Assembly (NCBI GenBank): GCA_000708835.1
Contig: DF237074.1
Location: forward strand, 1 to 64,000
Origin: Klebsormidium nitens
Lineage: Eukaryota; Plantae; Klebsormidiophyceae
DNA length: 64,000 nucleotides
Reading direction: 5' to 3'
Within the stretch, counting starts at the first letter, position 1, and each line of letters begins with the position of its first letter. The notes under the pieces were generated by a model. It was given only the letters and a program-made list of their open reading frames with translations. It was not told the origin of the DNA and did no database searches. This document shows positions 39,501 through 51,700 of this stretch, piece by piece. The position numbers were made by a program, and so were the translations under genes.

Positions 39501-42500
39501 AAATTACCGTCCTACTTTGGCCCCGCAGTACGTCAAGATTCACGTGGGGCCCCGCTCGGCACAGACACGCGTGATCAAGCACGAGCTGAACCCGGAGTGG
39601 AACGAGGTGTTTGCCTTCAACAAGGCCCCCGGCTCGGGAAGCGACCAGAACCACATCGACCGGGAGACGGGGGTGCTCGAGCTCAGCGTCTGGGACGAGG
39701 TAAGAATCCTCAGGACTTCGGTGTCGCCCCTTTTGAGGATTTAGGGATTTGCTTGAGATGCGTTCTGCCCAACTCGGCAGGAGAGAACGCGGAAGCAAGT
39801 TAACACCAGTGTGCCAGCTTCTATGGAATGAGCGGCAATTTGTCGGCCTAGAGAAAGTTTGAACGTCACGCTGCCAGGCAAATACAGCCTTACTCCTTGG
39901 TTTTACTCCTGGAAACAGTTGGTGGTCGTAGCTGAGTCGTAGCTGAGTCGTAGCTGAGTCATAGCTGAGAGTCACACAGACCGTTTTTTTTTCCACTCGC
40001 CATGCTTCAAGTGATCGTTCGAACCCGGAAGTCCAGCTTTGTTTGGCGCCTGTTTTAGCAGAGTGAAAGCGACGCCACGTTCTAGATCCGGAAAACATCA
40101 GCCGCGCCAGCTTGTGCGCGGCTGTAGCCCAGAACGTATACTTGGGGCAAGGTTCTGAAGTATTGCTGTTCCTGGACAGTTGCGCCTCGCTTCGACGGGA
40201 AACCCTCGCGCGCTCGCCGTTCGCAATTACTCGCTTCTTCTGACGTCGCTCGTTGTCGAGCTTTGCCAGCGTACTGTTCAGAGACTGAGTGGAGGCTTTC
40301 CCCATGCCATTCGGCTTCAGACCTCTCGGAATCCCTTTTCGGCGATCGTTCGCTGTTGAGAGTGATAAGTTCACAAAATTCTGAGAGAAAATTCTGAGGA
40401 ATCAGGAGAATGCTGTTCTCATGCCACTCAGCCTAGAGGTCGGCCCCTCACAAAAGCTCTGCCGCTTTTTGCGCAGGACTTTCTGACGGCGGACGACTTC
40501 TTGGGCCAGATCCAGATTCCGCTGCACTCAGTGCCGATGCGTGTGTACCCCGAAAAGGGCGTCGACCCGCAGTGGTTCAAACTAGAGAGGCGGTCGCTCA
40601 AGGACGCGGTCAAAGGTGGGCGCATGGCCTAGCGCACCCTGAACCGGAGAATTCTAATTGGACGGCTCGGTTTTCTCGTGATACCCTAGCTGCAAAGCTA
40701 CGAGGAAATTGAATCGCGGAGGGATCGACTGAGAAGCCCTGCTGCCTTTCTGTCCTGATCTATATTTTACTCACAAGCTCATTCTCTGGGACGAGCAATT
40801 TCGCGCCAATGTTCTGGGCCCATGCCGCGTTGAAGCTCGCTAGCCCAGGGTTTTCAGGTCCAGTGGAATAGACAAGGCCGAGAAACGAGTCGAAGGGTTC
40901 ACAAATCTTGTTGCTGACGCGAGCAATCAGCTTGTGCGCTCGTCCTCGGTATCCTACCCGGTGGAAAGGCGGCTCTGTTTCTTGAAATCACCTTGCTCAA
41001 CCCTTGCCCTTGCCCCCCCCCCGCAGGCGACATCATGGTGGCGGTGTGGTTCGGCACGCAGTCCGACGAGGCGTTCGCGAGCGCGTGGCAGTCGGACACG
41101 GGGGGGCTGCCCCAGTTCCGGTCCAGATCATATGCGACCCCCCGGATGTGGTACCTCCGGGTGACCGTCATCGAAGCGCAAAACCTCACGGCGACCGACG
41201 CAGGCGGGAGCGACCCGGTAAGAGTGTGTTGGAGTCGCCCGTTATTTCAGCTAGACGACACGTTGACGTGGAGCTTTTGCGCGATGATCTGGTTCGGTTA
41301 AGTGGACGATTTGTCGTTTTTCCTACCCGTGCTTATGCTTCTTTCAACCCAGGCCGGGCATGGCATCCATACGAATTCCACAGCCCCAGTGTCTGTTAGG
41401 AATACAGGATCAACTGTGAACTCTCACATCCGCTCCACAAAAGCCCCTTTCAATCTTCCCCCCGTCTTCGACGACCGAGTCCCGGCAATAGCGTTACGAG
41501 TATTGCCGCAGCGCTGACTATCACAGTTTCGTCTCCCGCCTTTGTTCGTCAAGGTCAAGCTCAGCTCCACGCAAGAAGCGCGAACCAAGTCGCAGCCATC
41601 GCTCGACTCCCATTCCGTTTCAGTGAGACCCGACCGAGAACTAGAACCTCCCTGGTTATGCTAACATGTGCTCCTCTTCCTCGCCCCTTCTAGTTCGTCA
41701 AGGTCAAGCTGGGCTCCACGCAAGAGGCGCGCACCAAGCCGCAGGCCTCCACGCTGAACCCTGTGTGGAAGGAGGACCTGTTCTTCGTTGTGGCGGAGCC
41801 GTTCGAGGACTCGCTGCTGCTCACGGTCGCCGACTTTAATCCGTACAGCGCAAACGACTTCCTGGGGCAGATCCGGATCCCGCTGGGCAGCATCGAGACG
41901 CGGCTGACCAACCGGGAGGTCGGCTCACGGTGAGCGGGACACGTGGCGGAGTGTGGCTTGAAATAGAGTGGCGTTGAGTGGAGTTTGATTTTATCGGAGC
42001 AAAAGAAGGGAACGCTGTTCTCAGTTGTGCCGATGCTGTGCCCAAACGTACATTCTAATTTGCTCTTTACAGAGTCCGAACGTACTCAAATGGTTTCCGT
42101 GACCGGAGCTTTCTTTTGTTTTTTGAGCCCAGCACAAGCCAAAAGCGCTTTGAACCAGTCCCCGCGCTTTTTCCCCTCTGGTTATTGAAGAGGTGCTGCT
42201 ACGCAGGCTGATGACTGTGCAGTGCTCCAATGACAATTCTCGTAGCCCACTAGTAGCACAAGTCTTTCCCAATCCTCATGTCAAGGCCTCTTTGCTTCCA
42301 GACCGAGTCTCCACAGCCCTGCCACGCCTTAGTTTTGGTGCTCGCTCTCCCTGAGCCCCTCCCAGTCCTTAAACAGGTCGTAGTGGGACATGTTTCACGC
42401 AACGATGTCGCAGTCGCTCGCAATTGCCATGTGGCCTGATTCCACAGCGAACGAACAGTCCATACCCTTGACGGGATTGTCCCTGCAAGCCACGTGGGGT

Positions 42501-45500
42501 AGACGCCCCCTTAAAATCTTCACATGGAGTTCCCCCGTCTCAAAATCCTCATATGGAGCCCCCCCCCTTCCCCCGACAGGTGGTACGCTCTCGACAAGGG
42601 CGACAACCGACGCGCCGTCAGCGGGCGGCTCCACCTGCGGCTCGTGTTCGAGGGGGGGTACCATATCAACGACGGCTCGGTCACGCACAACAGCGATTCG
42701 CGCCCCACCGCCAAGCAGCTGTGGCGGCCCCCAATTGCAACTCTTGAGCTGGGGATCATCGGTGCGGCGGGGCTGCCGATCATGAAGACGAATAGCGCGA
42801 CTGGGGGGGGTACGACGGACGCGTATGTCGTGGCCAAGCACGGGAAGAAGTGAGGAGGCTCAGCTTTTGATGATACAGAGTTTGGAACGGGGGTCCCGAT
42901 TGTGGGGCTGGGTTGTGTTCGTCGGGCCGCACGCCGGGCTCGTACCACTGTGGTGTGGTTTGTTAGAGAGAATTGAGAGAACTTCAGTCTGTCTGGGCCC
43001 TTTCTATAGTGAGTTTGTGGCAAAGCATTTGGGGGCAACAGCAATCACCGCGCAGGTGAAGAGAGGCACAAGTCGTCCGCAGGGGCAGTACGAGCTTGCA
43101 TGCTCTCCCTCTTGGAGTTGGTTCCTTGCTGAATCCGGGGCACAGGGTTGCCTTCGTAGAAATCCGAACCGCAAAGGAGGAGACGCACTTGCTTCCCTAT
43201 CGGCGGTCTCGGGCACGCCAACGGTAAATTTTGGTTTCTTGGAACTCAAACGGCATCCTCGCTGAGTAAGAGCGCCTCTAGGTGGATGCGCATAGCACGA
43301 TGGAAAACGGACGCAGCTACATTCCATAGCCGGAGACTGAAATCGGTAGGATCCTATAATCCTGGTTGTGCTCTGTTTGCAGGTGGGTGCGCACAAGAGG
43401 CACAAATTTTTGCATAGCGCAGAATCGTACAACTCACAAGTCAGATCCCTGGAATCCCCAGATAATGAAGCAAATGGCCCCCCCTCTGGTTGCAGGTGGG
43501 TGCGCACGCGCACTGTGAAGGACGAGAGCGCGCCGCTGTGGAACGAGCAGTACACGTGGGACGTGCACGAGCCGTCCACGGTGCTCACCATCGGCGTCTT
43601 CGACAACCAGCACACGCGCCACACCGCGCTCGAAAAGGCGCGCAACAATAAGGACAAGCCGCTCGGCAAGGTGAGGTTCAAGAAAAGACAGTCCGCCATT
43701 TCAGGACTCTGCTTTCATGGACTTTAGGTAATTAGTGGATCATGCAACTGCAAAAACAGCCGCGGGGCAACGTGGAGGGCGGCTGGAAGAGATCGTCGCA
43801 TTTAGCATCATAGCGGTTTGGGGTGTTGTGAGCGGTTAGGTGTTGCGAGGACGATCCTTGAGGAAAAAGTCGGAAACCCACTCTTTTCAGGGGCCATATT
43901 TTCTCCTTTTGAATCTTGACAAACCAACGGGCGAAAAGCCCTGTTTTCTTCGAATCCTAAGAGCCCGAATTGAAAACCCTCAGAACCCTTAAAACCTGTT
44001 TCGTTCAGATGCGCATCCGGCTGTCGACTCTGGAGGGCAACAAGGTGTACCGCGGCTCGTTCCCGCTTTTTTTGCACAAGAAGCGCATCACTCCAATGGG
44101 CACCCTCGACCTCGCCATCCGCTTCACGTACCCGTCCTCCCTCCCCATTCTGCGCCAGTACCTGCGCCCCGTTCTTCCTGCGATGCACTACCTAGATCCT
44201 ATCGGAAAAGACGCGGCGGAGACGCTGCGGATCTCAGCGATGAATCTGGTGGCAGACCGGTTGGCGAAGTATGACCCGCCGCTGCGGCGAGAAGTGGTGG
44301 AGTATATGCTGGACACGGACGAGATGCTGTTCACGATGCGGCGCATACGGGCCAACTGGAACAGAATCAAGGTGGGTTCGAGGGTTTTGAGTCTCGGCCA
44401 CTTGCGTTTCGGCCATTCTCTGTACTTGCATGTTTGCGATCGTCAGTGGCTGCGTGGGTTTAAGGCGTGGGAACTCGAGACAATTGGCTTCACGTGAGTC
44501 GCCTCTTCCTGCTCTTCTCTCCTCTTGCATGTCTGCGATTTCTGGTGACTTTTGCGTTCCTTGCTTCTGTGTCATCATGCCATGTCTGCGTTTGTCGGAG
44601 CTTTCAAGATTGGGAACATGCACAGAATTGATATGTGCAGCGCAGCACGTTGCAGCAGCGGGGCCATGCTGACCGCAGCAAGGTGGGCTTGTCCTCTATG
44701 AAGCTCTTCTTGATTTCCTTCCAGAATTGGAACTCCCCCTCGCAAATGTTCATCCCAAAACCGTTCCCCCTTCTTCCGCACAGGCCGTCTTTTCGGGCGT
44801 CCCGTGGGCGCTGCAGCAGTTCAACCGCGTATGTCAGTCTAAGATTCCTTCCCCCCCTCCCAGTAGCTTGTTTGTTTCGATTGTTGCGAATCTTACTCCC
44901 AACACCTTTCCCCCACTTTCGCGCAGGCCGTATTCACGGGCGTCCTGTGGGCGCTGCAGCAGTCAACCAGGTGTGCCAGTCTTAACATCTTTCCCCCACC
45001 AAAGTAGCTTGTTTGTCTTGTTTTCTTTTTTTTCTTGCGAGTCTTCATTCACCCCCCCCACTTCCGCGCAGGCCGTCTTCTCGGGCGTCCCGTGGGCACT
45101 GCAGCAGTTCAACCGGGTGTGCCAGTGGCGCAGCCCCCCCCTGACGCTGACCGTGCACGGGGTGTTCATCTTCATGGTCCTGCGCCCGCACTTCATCCTG
45201 CCCACCGTTCTCGCCATGCTCGTTGGCAGGGGGGCCTTCTACTTCCAGCACCGGCCGCGGGGGCCCGCCAGCATGGACCCCCGGTTATCGGGTAAGCCCC
45301 AAAATTTATGAGTGATATTGCAGTTTCCCAAATGACAAGGCCTTCAAATCTCAAGCCTAGCCTTGTTCAGGATCTATGTGCCTCGTACTACTCCAATGAG
45401 TCGCGTTTGCAGAAGCTAGCGACGTGGGCAGCACTTGATTCGGCCTCGTCCTTTGGACGGGCATTCGGTGTCGACACAGAAAAAAACTTTGAACGGACTG

Positions 45501-47342
45501 CAAGCTGGGCTGCAGTCATGCCCCAGTCTCATACAGCAAATCATTGAAACCTCAATCATTGAAACCTCGACGGCCCTCGGGGTTATGATCCGACGACGAA
45601 GCTTCGAGGTTGATCGCACAAGACGAAGCGTGCCTTGTAGGGTTGCGCTCTGTCAAGCAATGAGCCTGACCGGAGCTGAGGTATGCATAACCGGAGGGTG
45701 CTTATGCGTGCAGGCGGCGAGGAGCCGGAGGATGACGTGGACGACGAGGAGGACGAAGAGGAGCTGATGAAGGGCAAAGATAAGACGTCCATCAAGGTCA
45801 TCCAGAACCCGTACCGCAACTACAAGGTGCGCCTCAGTACATCAAAACCCGTTCCTAAAGTCCAGCGGTCTTTGCGGAAAGCAACGTTGGGTTTGCAGCG
45901 CTCCGAGTACTTCGCAGAGTCACGTGCCAAAAGTAGACAGAACGTCATACTAGATGTGAAGAAGACATATACTTCGCTTGCTTTTAATAAAATTGCGGTT
46001 CCTCAGTCCGTTTTGAAGTGCGGTTTGCGCTCTGCCAGGCCTTATCTGGACTCTGTCCCGGTAAATCGCCCTGTCTTGCTTTATCAGGCATTTCGGAGAG
46101 AATGGTCGAAGTCTCCGTGGAAGACTTTTAGGCGCTAACAGGCGATTCGACATTCTCACCAATCCCCGGTGCTTCTGTTGGAGGCAGCTCGCTCCTGACC
46201 TCACCCTCACCTTCGGTAAATCCCCTTCGAAGTGGACCGCCTCCTTTCAATAACACGTCGAATCCGCACCGCGTGCAGATCATCAAGGCGCGCTTTGACA
46301 AGATGAAGGGCTACGCGGCGCTGGTCCAGAACATTCTGGGCCAGATCGCGGCCCAGGGGGAGCGCCTGACCGCGCTCCTCGAGTGGCGCGACCCGCGCGC
46401 GTCCACGGCCTTCTGCTCCTTCTGCGCCATCATGGCCGTCTTCCTCTTCTTCGCGCCCATCAGGTGCGCGCGCAATTCATACTAAAAACCTAAAACCCTG
46501 AAATCCTGTAACCCGAAAACCCGACAAGTCTAGGGCCCTGAAACCACGCCGCGTTTTATGTGCGGCTTTCAGGGGTAAGATGTCACGGCTGGTGACGGAC
46601 TAGTCACTAAGGGTATTATTCGACAGTCAGAGGGTATGATTGCAGCGGGAGAGAACTTTTTGCTCCTTCTTCGTGCACAACAGGTGCGGGTCCCGGGGCT
46701 GATTCAACTAGTTGTGCTGCTATTCAACAGCTGTCGCAACGGCTCCTCTGGCTTTTGTGCTACTTTATTAATTTCAAAGCGTGCGAAAGTGTGGAGCTTA
46801 GAGGTTCATCTTTGTTGCCTCTGAAATTTTGAAATGTGGTGATGAATAGCTGCAGTTTGGGCTGTCGGTTTAAAACGGCTTGCTTTTCATGTCCACCTCA
46901 CATTTGTTCCGGAAGACACGATTGGCACTAAGCTCTGCAAGGAATATTTAGTGTGCACCGAAGACTAGCATTAGAACTTTGGTCGCAGTTCAATCGACTC
47001 TCGAATGAAAGGTGGGGTGCTTTGTGGGGTCATTCGTGGTACCTTTCGCTCCGATAGGGCTGACCAGCCACCCTTTTGAGCTCCGTGTGCTTGAAGCGGC
47101 CCTGCCGTTCCAGCCACCCCCTTTGTTCTGCCGGCATCAATAAAGCGGCCGCTGTCCATCAAGTTACTCAACGGCAAGGCAACGCCATTTTTTCGCTTAC
47201 CGGGCTTGCTTCTGTCCCCAGGTACGTCGCCATTTTGGTGGGCTGCTTCATCATGCGCCACCCGCGCTTCCGCAACCCCCTCCCGCCCGCCCCCGTGAAC
47301 CTCTTCCTGCGGTTGCCGTCGTTGGAGGACCGGATCATTTGA
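36522..47342 (+). CDS. MCTP: MCTP (multiple C2 domains and transmembrane region; FTIP/QUIRKY family): 4 C2 domains plus PRT_C membrane region, about 1094 aa, 15 exons
   Basis: Exons 36522-37013, 37593-37664, 38258-38502, 38853-39144, 39529-39699, 40477-40615, 41027-41217, 41694-41929, 42580-42849, 43496-43670, 44009-44371, 45072-45291, 45714-45826, 46279-46463, 47222-47342; phases consistent. Motifs FDLVDQVEYLFVRV, DIMVAVWFGTQSDEAF, PRMWYLRVTVIEAQ, TDAYVVAKHGKKWVRTRT, QGERLTALLEWRDPRAS, RHPRFRNPLPPAPVNLFLRLPS. Confidence 0.95.
37059..37130. repeat. About 20-bp tandem repeat (3.5 units) in MCTP intron 1
   Basis: ggtgcataggctatcctggt / ggtgcataggctatcctggc / ggtgcccaggtaacctggc / ggtggcataggct. 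Confidence 0.85.
39925..39968. repeat. 11-bp tandem repeat x4 in MCTP intron 5
   Basis: gtcgtagctga x3 plus gtcatagctga. Confidence 0.9.
41545..41597 (+). repeat. Upstream duplicate of the MCTP exon 8 start
   Basis: ttcgtcaaggtcaagctcagctccacgcaagaagcgcgaaccaagtcgcag vs exon start 41694; 149-bp offset; AG lost. Confidence 0.9.
43377..43398 (+). repeat. Upstream duplicate of the MCTP exon 10 acceptor and start
   Basis: ttgcag|gtgggtgcgcac is identical to 43490-43507; 113-bp offset. Confidence 0.8.
44760..45125 (+). repeat. Tandem triplication (143/145-bp period) spanning the MCTP intron 11 3' end and exon 12 start
   Basis: Exon-start equivalents at 44784, 44927 and 45072 (true). Confidence 0.95.
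46482..46523. repeat. Degenerate interstitial telomere-like 8-mer array (CCCTAAAA-like) in MCTP intron 14
   Basis: ctaaaaac ctaaaacc ctgaaatc ctgtaacc cgaaaacc cg. Confidence 0.55.
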
Positions 47343-48744
47343 CGAGGGGTGCGCCGGAAGTCGGGTGGTTAGAAAGTAGGGCCGGCCGATGGTCGGGGTG
47401 CGTGAGCTAGTTTCAGCGGAAGCTAATATTCAGCGCAACGGTCTGGATCAGTGTAAAAACCGGGATTTGCAAATTCGTTGGCCGCGATGTGTTCAAATAT
47501 CGGATTCTGGGGGCCTCAGAAGCGCGACACGAGACCCCCGTATGTGGTAAAGGGAGCTTGCTGGGTTGAGATAGGGAGTCGAATGAAGGCTTGCATAGTG
47601 CGTGTACAGACCACTAGCCTGGATAGCAGCGTAGGACAACCGTTGACCGCGTGCAGTCCATTTTTGTCATTGTTCACATAGGTACGTTGAGTCGGATCGC
47701 ACAGGACATTGATCAAGATTGGGCTTACTCTTCCCGATATTTGGCACGGCTGCATGATCAGTTACTTAAAGTTGAAATCTGAACGTAACTGCACGTTGTT
47801 CAGTTGCATGTGACGGCAGCACCGTTCATGACCGGGTTTGGTTGCAACTGCAACACTTCTAGCTCTAGGCACAGTTAACGATGGCCACAGTTTTTGCAAT
47901 CAATGGGTGATATATCGTTACTTTATACGCCAAGGTGTACGTAGCTATACCTTTACTGTGCCGAGGCACACGCGTCAGCGCATGTGCACCACTTGATAAA
48001 AAAATTAAAGTATATCGCGTTTCCCATAGTTGCAGGCCGCGGTATCATTGTCATGATGGCGCGGAAGTGGTGCGGCGCAAGTCTATCATTAAAAGCTGGC
48101 CGGGCCCGGCGCCGCGCTTGTTGACTTTCAATGATCAGCACTCGATCAGACGTAATGATACCCCTCATGCGACTACTATACGCATGATCGACGTGGCTCT
48201 ACTGAACATGACTTTGGCCGCTAGCTGGCCAAGAGCCTACATGCGTGTGGGCGGCGGGCCCATACTTCGGGTTCCCCAACATGCCCAGTGCACCATGCCA
48301 ACTTAAGCGAGCTCAGCCTGCTGTAGCTTGCCCCGGGCCCGGCATGCGCCCATGTACCGGCGTGCAGCTTCCACAATTTAGCACTGGCTGTGAAATCTAC
48401 AGAGAAACACTTTATGATGTGACGATTTGTAATGGCTCTGTGCAGACCATTACGACCCAGTAACTTGTAGGGCTGATCAAATGCCAGACACTCATTCGTC
48501 AGTGCCCGTCAAAGGTGTCGAACCCTGTAAAATGCTATTAGGCAGCACGCCTTCATCTTATAAACATATAACAGCACGCCTACGCAGCATGTATTCTCTA
48601 CCTGCTCTAACCGTTGCCATATTGTGCAAGGAATCAGGGCACTCTCCGACCCGCTACAGTCCGCTTCTCCTGTTCTACCTCGGCTTTCTGAAGGCTCGTA
48701 AAGAGCTCAACCTGCAAAGAAACCGGAAAATTGTCGTGAAGACA

Positions 48745-51700
48745 TCAAAGCCGTGAACCAAGCTCCACCTCATGCTGTCGCCATGCAAGACTGGCAGCGC
48801 TCAGAAGCAAGGCAGATCGACCTCTCGACGGCTGACACGTGTCTTCCTTCCAACCCCGTGGCGCATAGCACGAGTTCTCGTCCACAGTTTGCGGGCTCGC
48901 AAGAATGCTGCTGGTCTGTGCATTCTTCGGGTTTCTCTTTTCGCGGCCAACCTGTTTGAGCTGCTGTTGGAGCCGCCGCTCGTGGTCCGCCTGCGCGGCC
49001 GCCTGCTCCTGCCGTATACTGGCCGCATCCACCTGGAGGAAAAGCTATGGGTTTACGGCGTGACGTCGACCGAGGAGGCTGAAGCCCCCATCTACGATGT
49101 TTTGATCCAAAAGGAGTACCCCTTCTTATCAAGAAATTAAAAAGGTGCCTCCTCCATCGCCCTTGAATTTTGTTACCTGAAGGTGCCCTGACTGGACTCC
49201 GCATGTTTGGGAATCCATTAAATGGACGACAGTGAAGCCGAGGTTCCAGCAGATCGCAAGCAACGGCGCTTGCGAGACGCGACAAGGCGACCATGCAACG
49301 CAAGAAAAAGGGCCCGATTTGCTAAGCCTTGCATCCTGACGGAGAAGTCTGAGCGACTTCGCTAAGTTGCGGGTGCAGAGAAGAAAGAACGGCTAAGAGT
49401 GTGCCCTGATCCCGAACAGTTCCGACTCCAGGCGGGAAAGCAAATATGTTACTCCGGATCCAACGAAGTCGATTCGTCGTTTGACACACGGCGTTTACGG
49501 GATACCGTTTCAACAATCCGGACTCAAATTGGTGAAAGTACCAGCGTGCTCGGTAAACTGCTCTATCAGGTCTTGAACAAGGGTTCTGCTCTGCCCGTCC
49601 GGAGTGGCACTTTCCAGAAGTGATGGCGACTACTCTCAAAGCCTACCTTCTTAAAAAACAGCTCTACGGAGCATACGAAGGGTGCCATGGCCCTCACCTC
49701 GTCGATAAGGATAGTAGCGCTGCTAACAAAGCCTAGACTGCCCAGTGTGTCCTCGTCGCTATCAATAGACGTCGGGTGCGGACTGTCCTGCACGGACACA
49801 TTCGGACGCCAGGGTTATGAAACGGCCATCTTAAAGTTGAGAGCACAAGTTTCCGTGTTTCTGGTCCAGAATGTCCCAAGGTTGTGAACAATATACAAGT
49901 CGTGGAAGTGGGGCCGACTTGTCGAGGAGTGTTTGCTGGAAGAAAAGGTGCTGGATAACAAGGAGCGAAGAATGCGAACAACAGCTTGGAAAGCTGGTTG
50001 AAGCAAGGGTGCAACAGTCAGTTTGCAGTATGGGCGACATATTTGACAACAAGCTACGGCATTCATACATCTTGACTCCTGAGTACTTCACTTTGCGGCG
50101 GAATAACACGAACATTAACCACACTTCTATTTTTTCACAGCCTGCAAGCGGCGTGGCCCGCCTTTCGCTCACCTCCGTGGTGAAGAAGAGCCGCTGTCGG
50201 TCCGCCTTAACCCGGAAAAGTTTCTCGCAGAAGACCCGTAACCGGGCGACGGTGGTAGAAGCCGGCAGCTTCTTGACGATAGGGGCGCGCTCCCCCGCGC
50301 CCGGCGCCACGCAGGTTAGGCTCAAAGCTGGAGAAGGACCGGGTCAAGGGATGACCGGGAGACAGGGCCGGTGGAGCGCTTTGCCGACTAGAAGTTTCAC
50401 TGTTCGAAGGGACCTCTTCTCTCCCGTCTTCTTCAAAGTGCATTTGAAAGATTCCGCTTGGACTTTGCAGACACCACGCAACAAGCGAGTATCATAAAGG
50501 GGAAGGATGGCCGGTATCAGAAAGCGAAGCAAGGGAGACGTTGTATGCTATGTAGCTTGCGGTATATCTCTCGCTCAAGAGGCAGCCTCAGCCAAAGGAA
50601 ACCAGGTCTCGGAGGCCAACAATTTTAGGACAAAGTTCTCAGAGGATACAGCACAGCTCATCCGCCAGGGACTTCTGCGTTGCTGGTCCTCCAGTCAGGT
50701 CTTCCATTACCAGGCCGTACTTCGCTTTCAGCGCCTCGAACCTGCGGGCATAGAAATAAGAACTATCGTCACAATGACGTCAGGTCCAGTTTGAAAAACA
50801 TTTCAGTTACATTGCACACCTTTCGCAGATTGATCAATCTAAGCTCCTCTTAAGACAACAGCAGAGGCTCTTATCAGAATCATCAACTTTGCCTTCGTTA
50901 TCTTCGTCGAGCTTGTATGCGCCAGTGCTTGGGTCGCGCTTTTCAAGCTTGGCACGTGTCTGGGATCTCCTTTGAGAAAGTGGGTCTACGAACCAAGAGG
51001 GTTCAAGAGCTAGAGGGATCACCTTGGATGTTCCGAGTCTTCCTTCCCCTCGAGCTGCTGTGCGATGACGTGGCGGACGTAGCGGACCTCCGAGTCGCGC
51101 CTTTCTCGCGCAGATATCTGGTGTCGGCGACACACTGTCATTCTTTTATTACCACTTATGCCGGCATAGCCCAATTTGGTGCAAGATCAAACTGTGCGTG
51201 GTGAGCTCCTAGTCCCCTTGCGCAAGAGAAGAACCAGCGCTGCCTATTATGGATAAATGGCAAACTCAGGAAACAAGTTGCTCGGTTTCGGCTTTCTTGC
51301 AATCTTCTAATGAAAGCGATCACAACGGAAAGCGCAGCAAAATACTTGGGGTCATGACCAAATTCGACTCTTAACGCTACTCAGAGGCGCAGACGCTGCT
51401 CACATTACTTCCGTTCAAGCAAGTCAGTCCCCCGATCCTGGCAATCAGCATGTAACGGGCCGCGGTGCCTCCCCGAGCGTCGGTCAGGGGGTTGTCTGTC
51501 AGTCGCACCTCCTGCGGGGACAGGGGTAGGGATGCTGTCAGGGACAGCTTTGGGTTTGCGGCACTAGAAGGGTCTCCGCCTGATCTGAAAGTGACTTACA
51601 AATCACCAAGGGCAGAGAATGCAGGTATTTGCATCTTGTTCCTTCGTTACCTGGTCGTGGACCGTTCGTTCAGTCAATCGTACAAATCAAGGCTGCGTAC

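Noticed and set aside
39475-40374. 299-aa minus-strand ORF inside MCTP intron 5/exon 5
   Set aside because: No recognisable domain; runs through an 11-bp tandem repeat (YDSATTQLRLSYD); probably chance
47181-47213. Partial similarity to the MCTP exon 15 start (cgccatttt ... gggcttgcttc)
   Set aside because: Needs a large gap; too short to count among the duplicated exon starts
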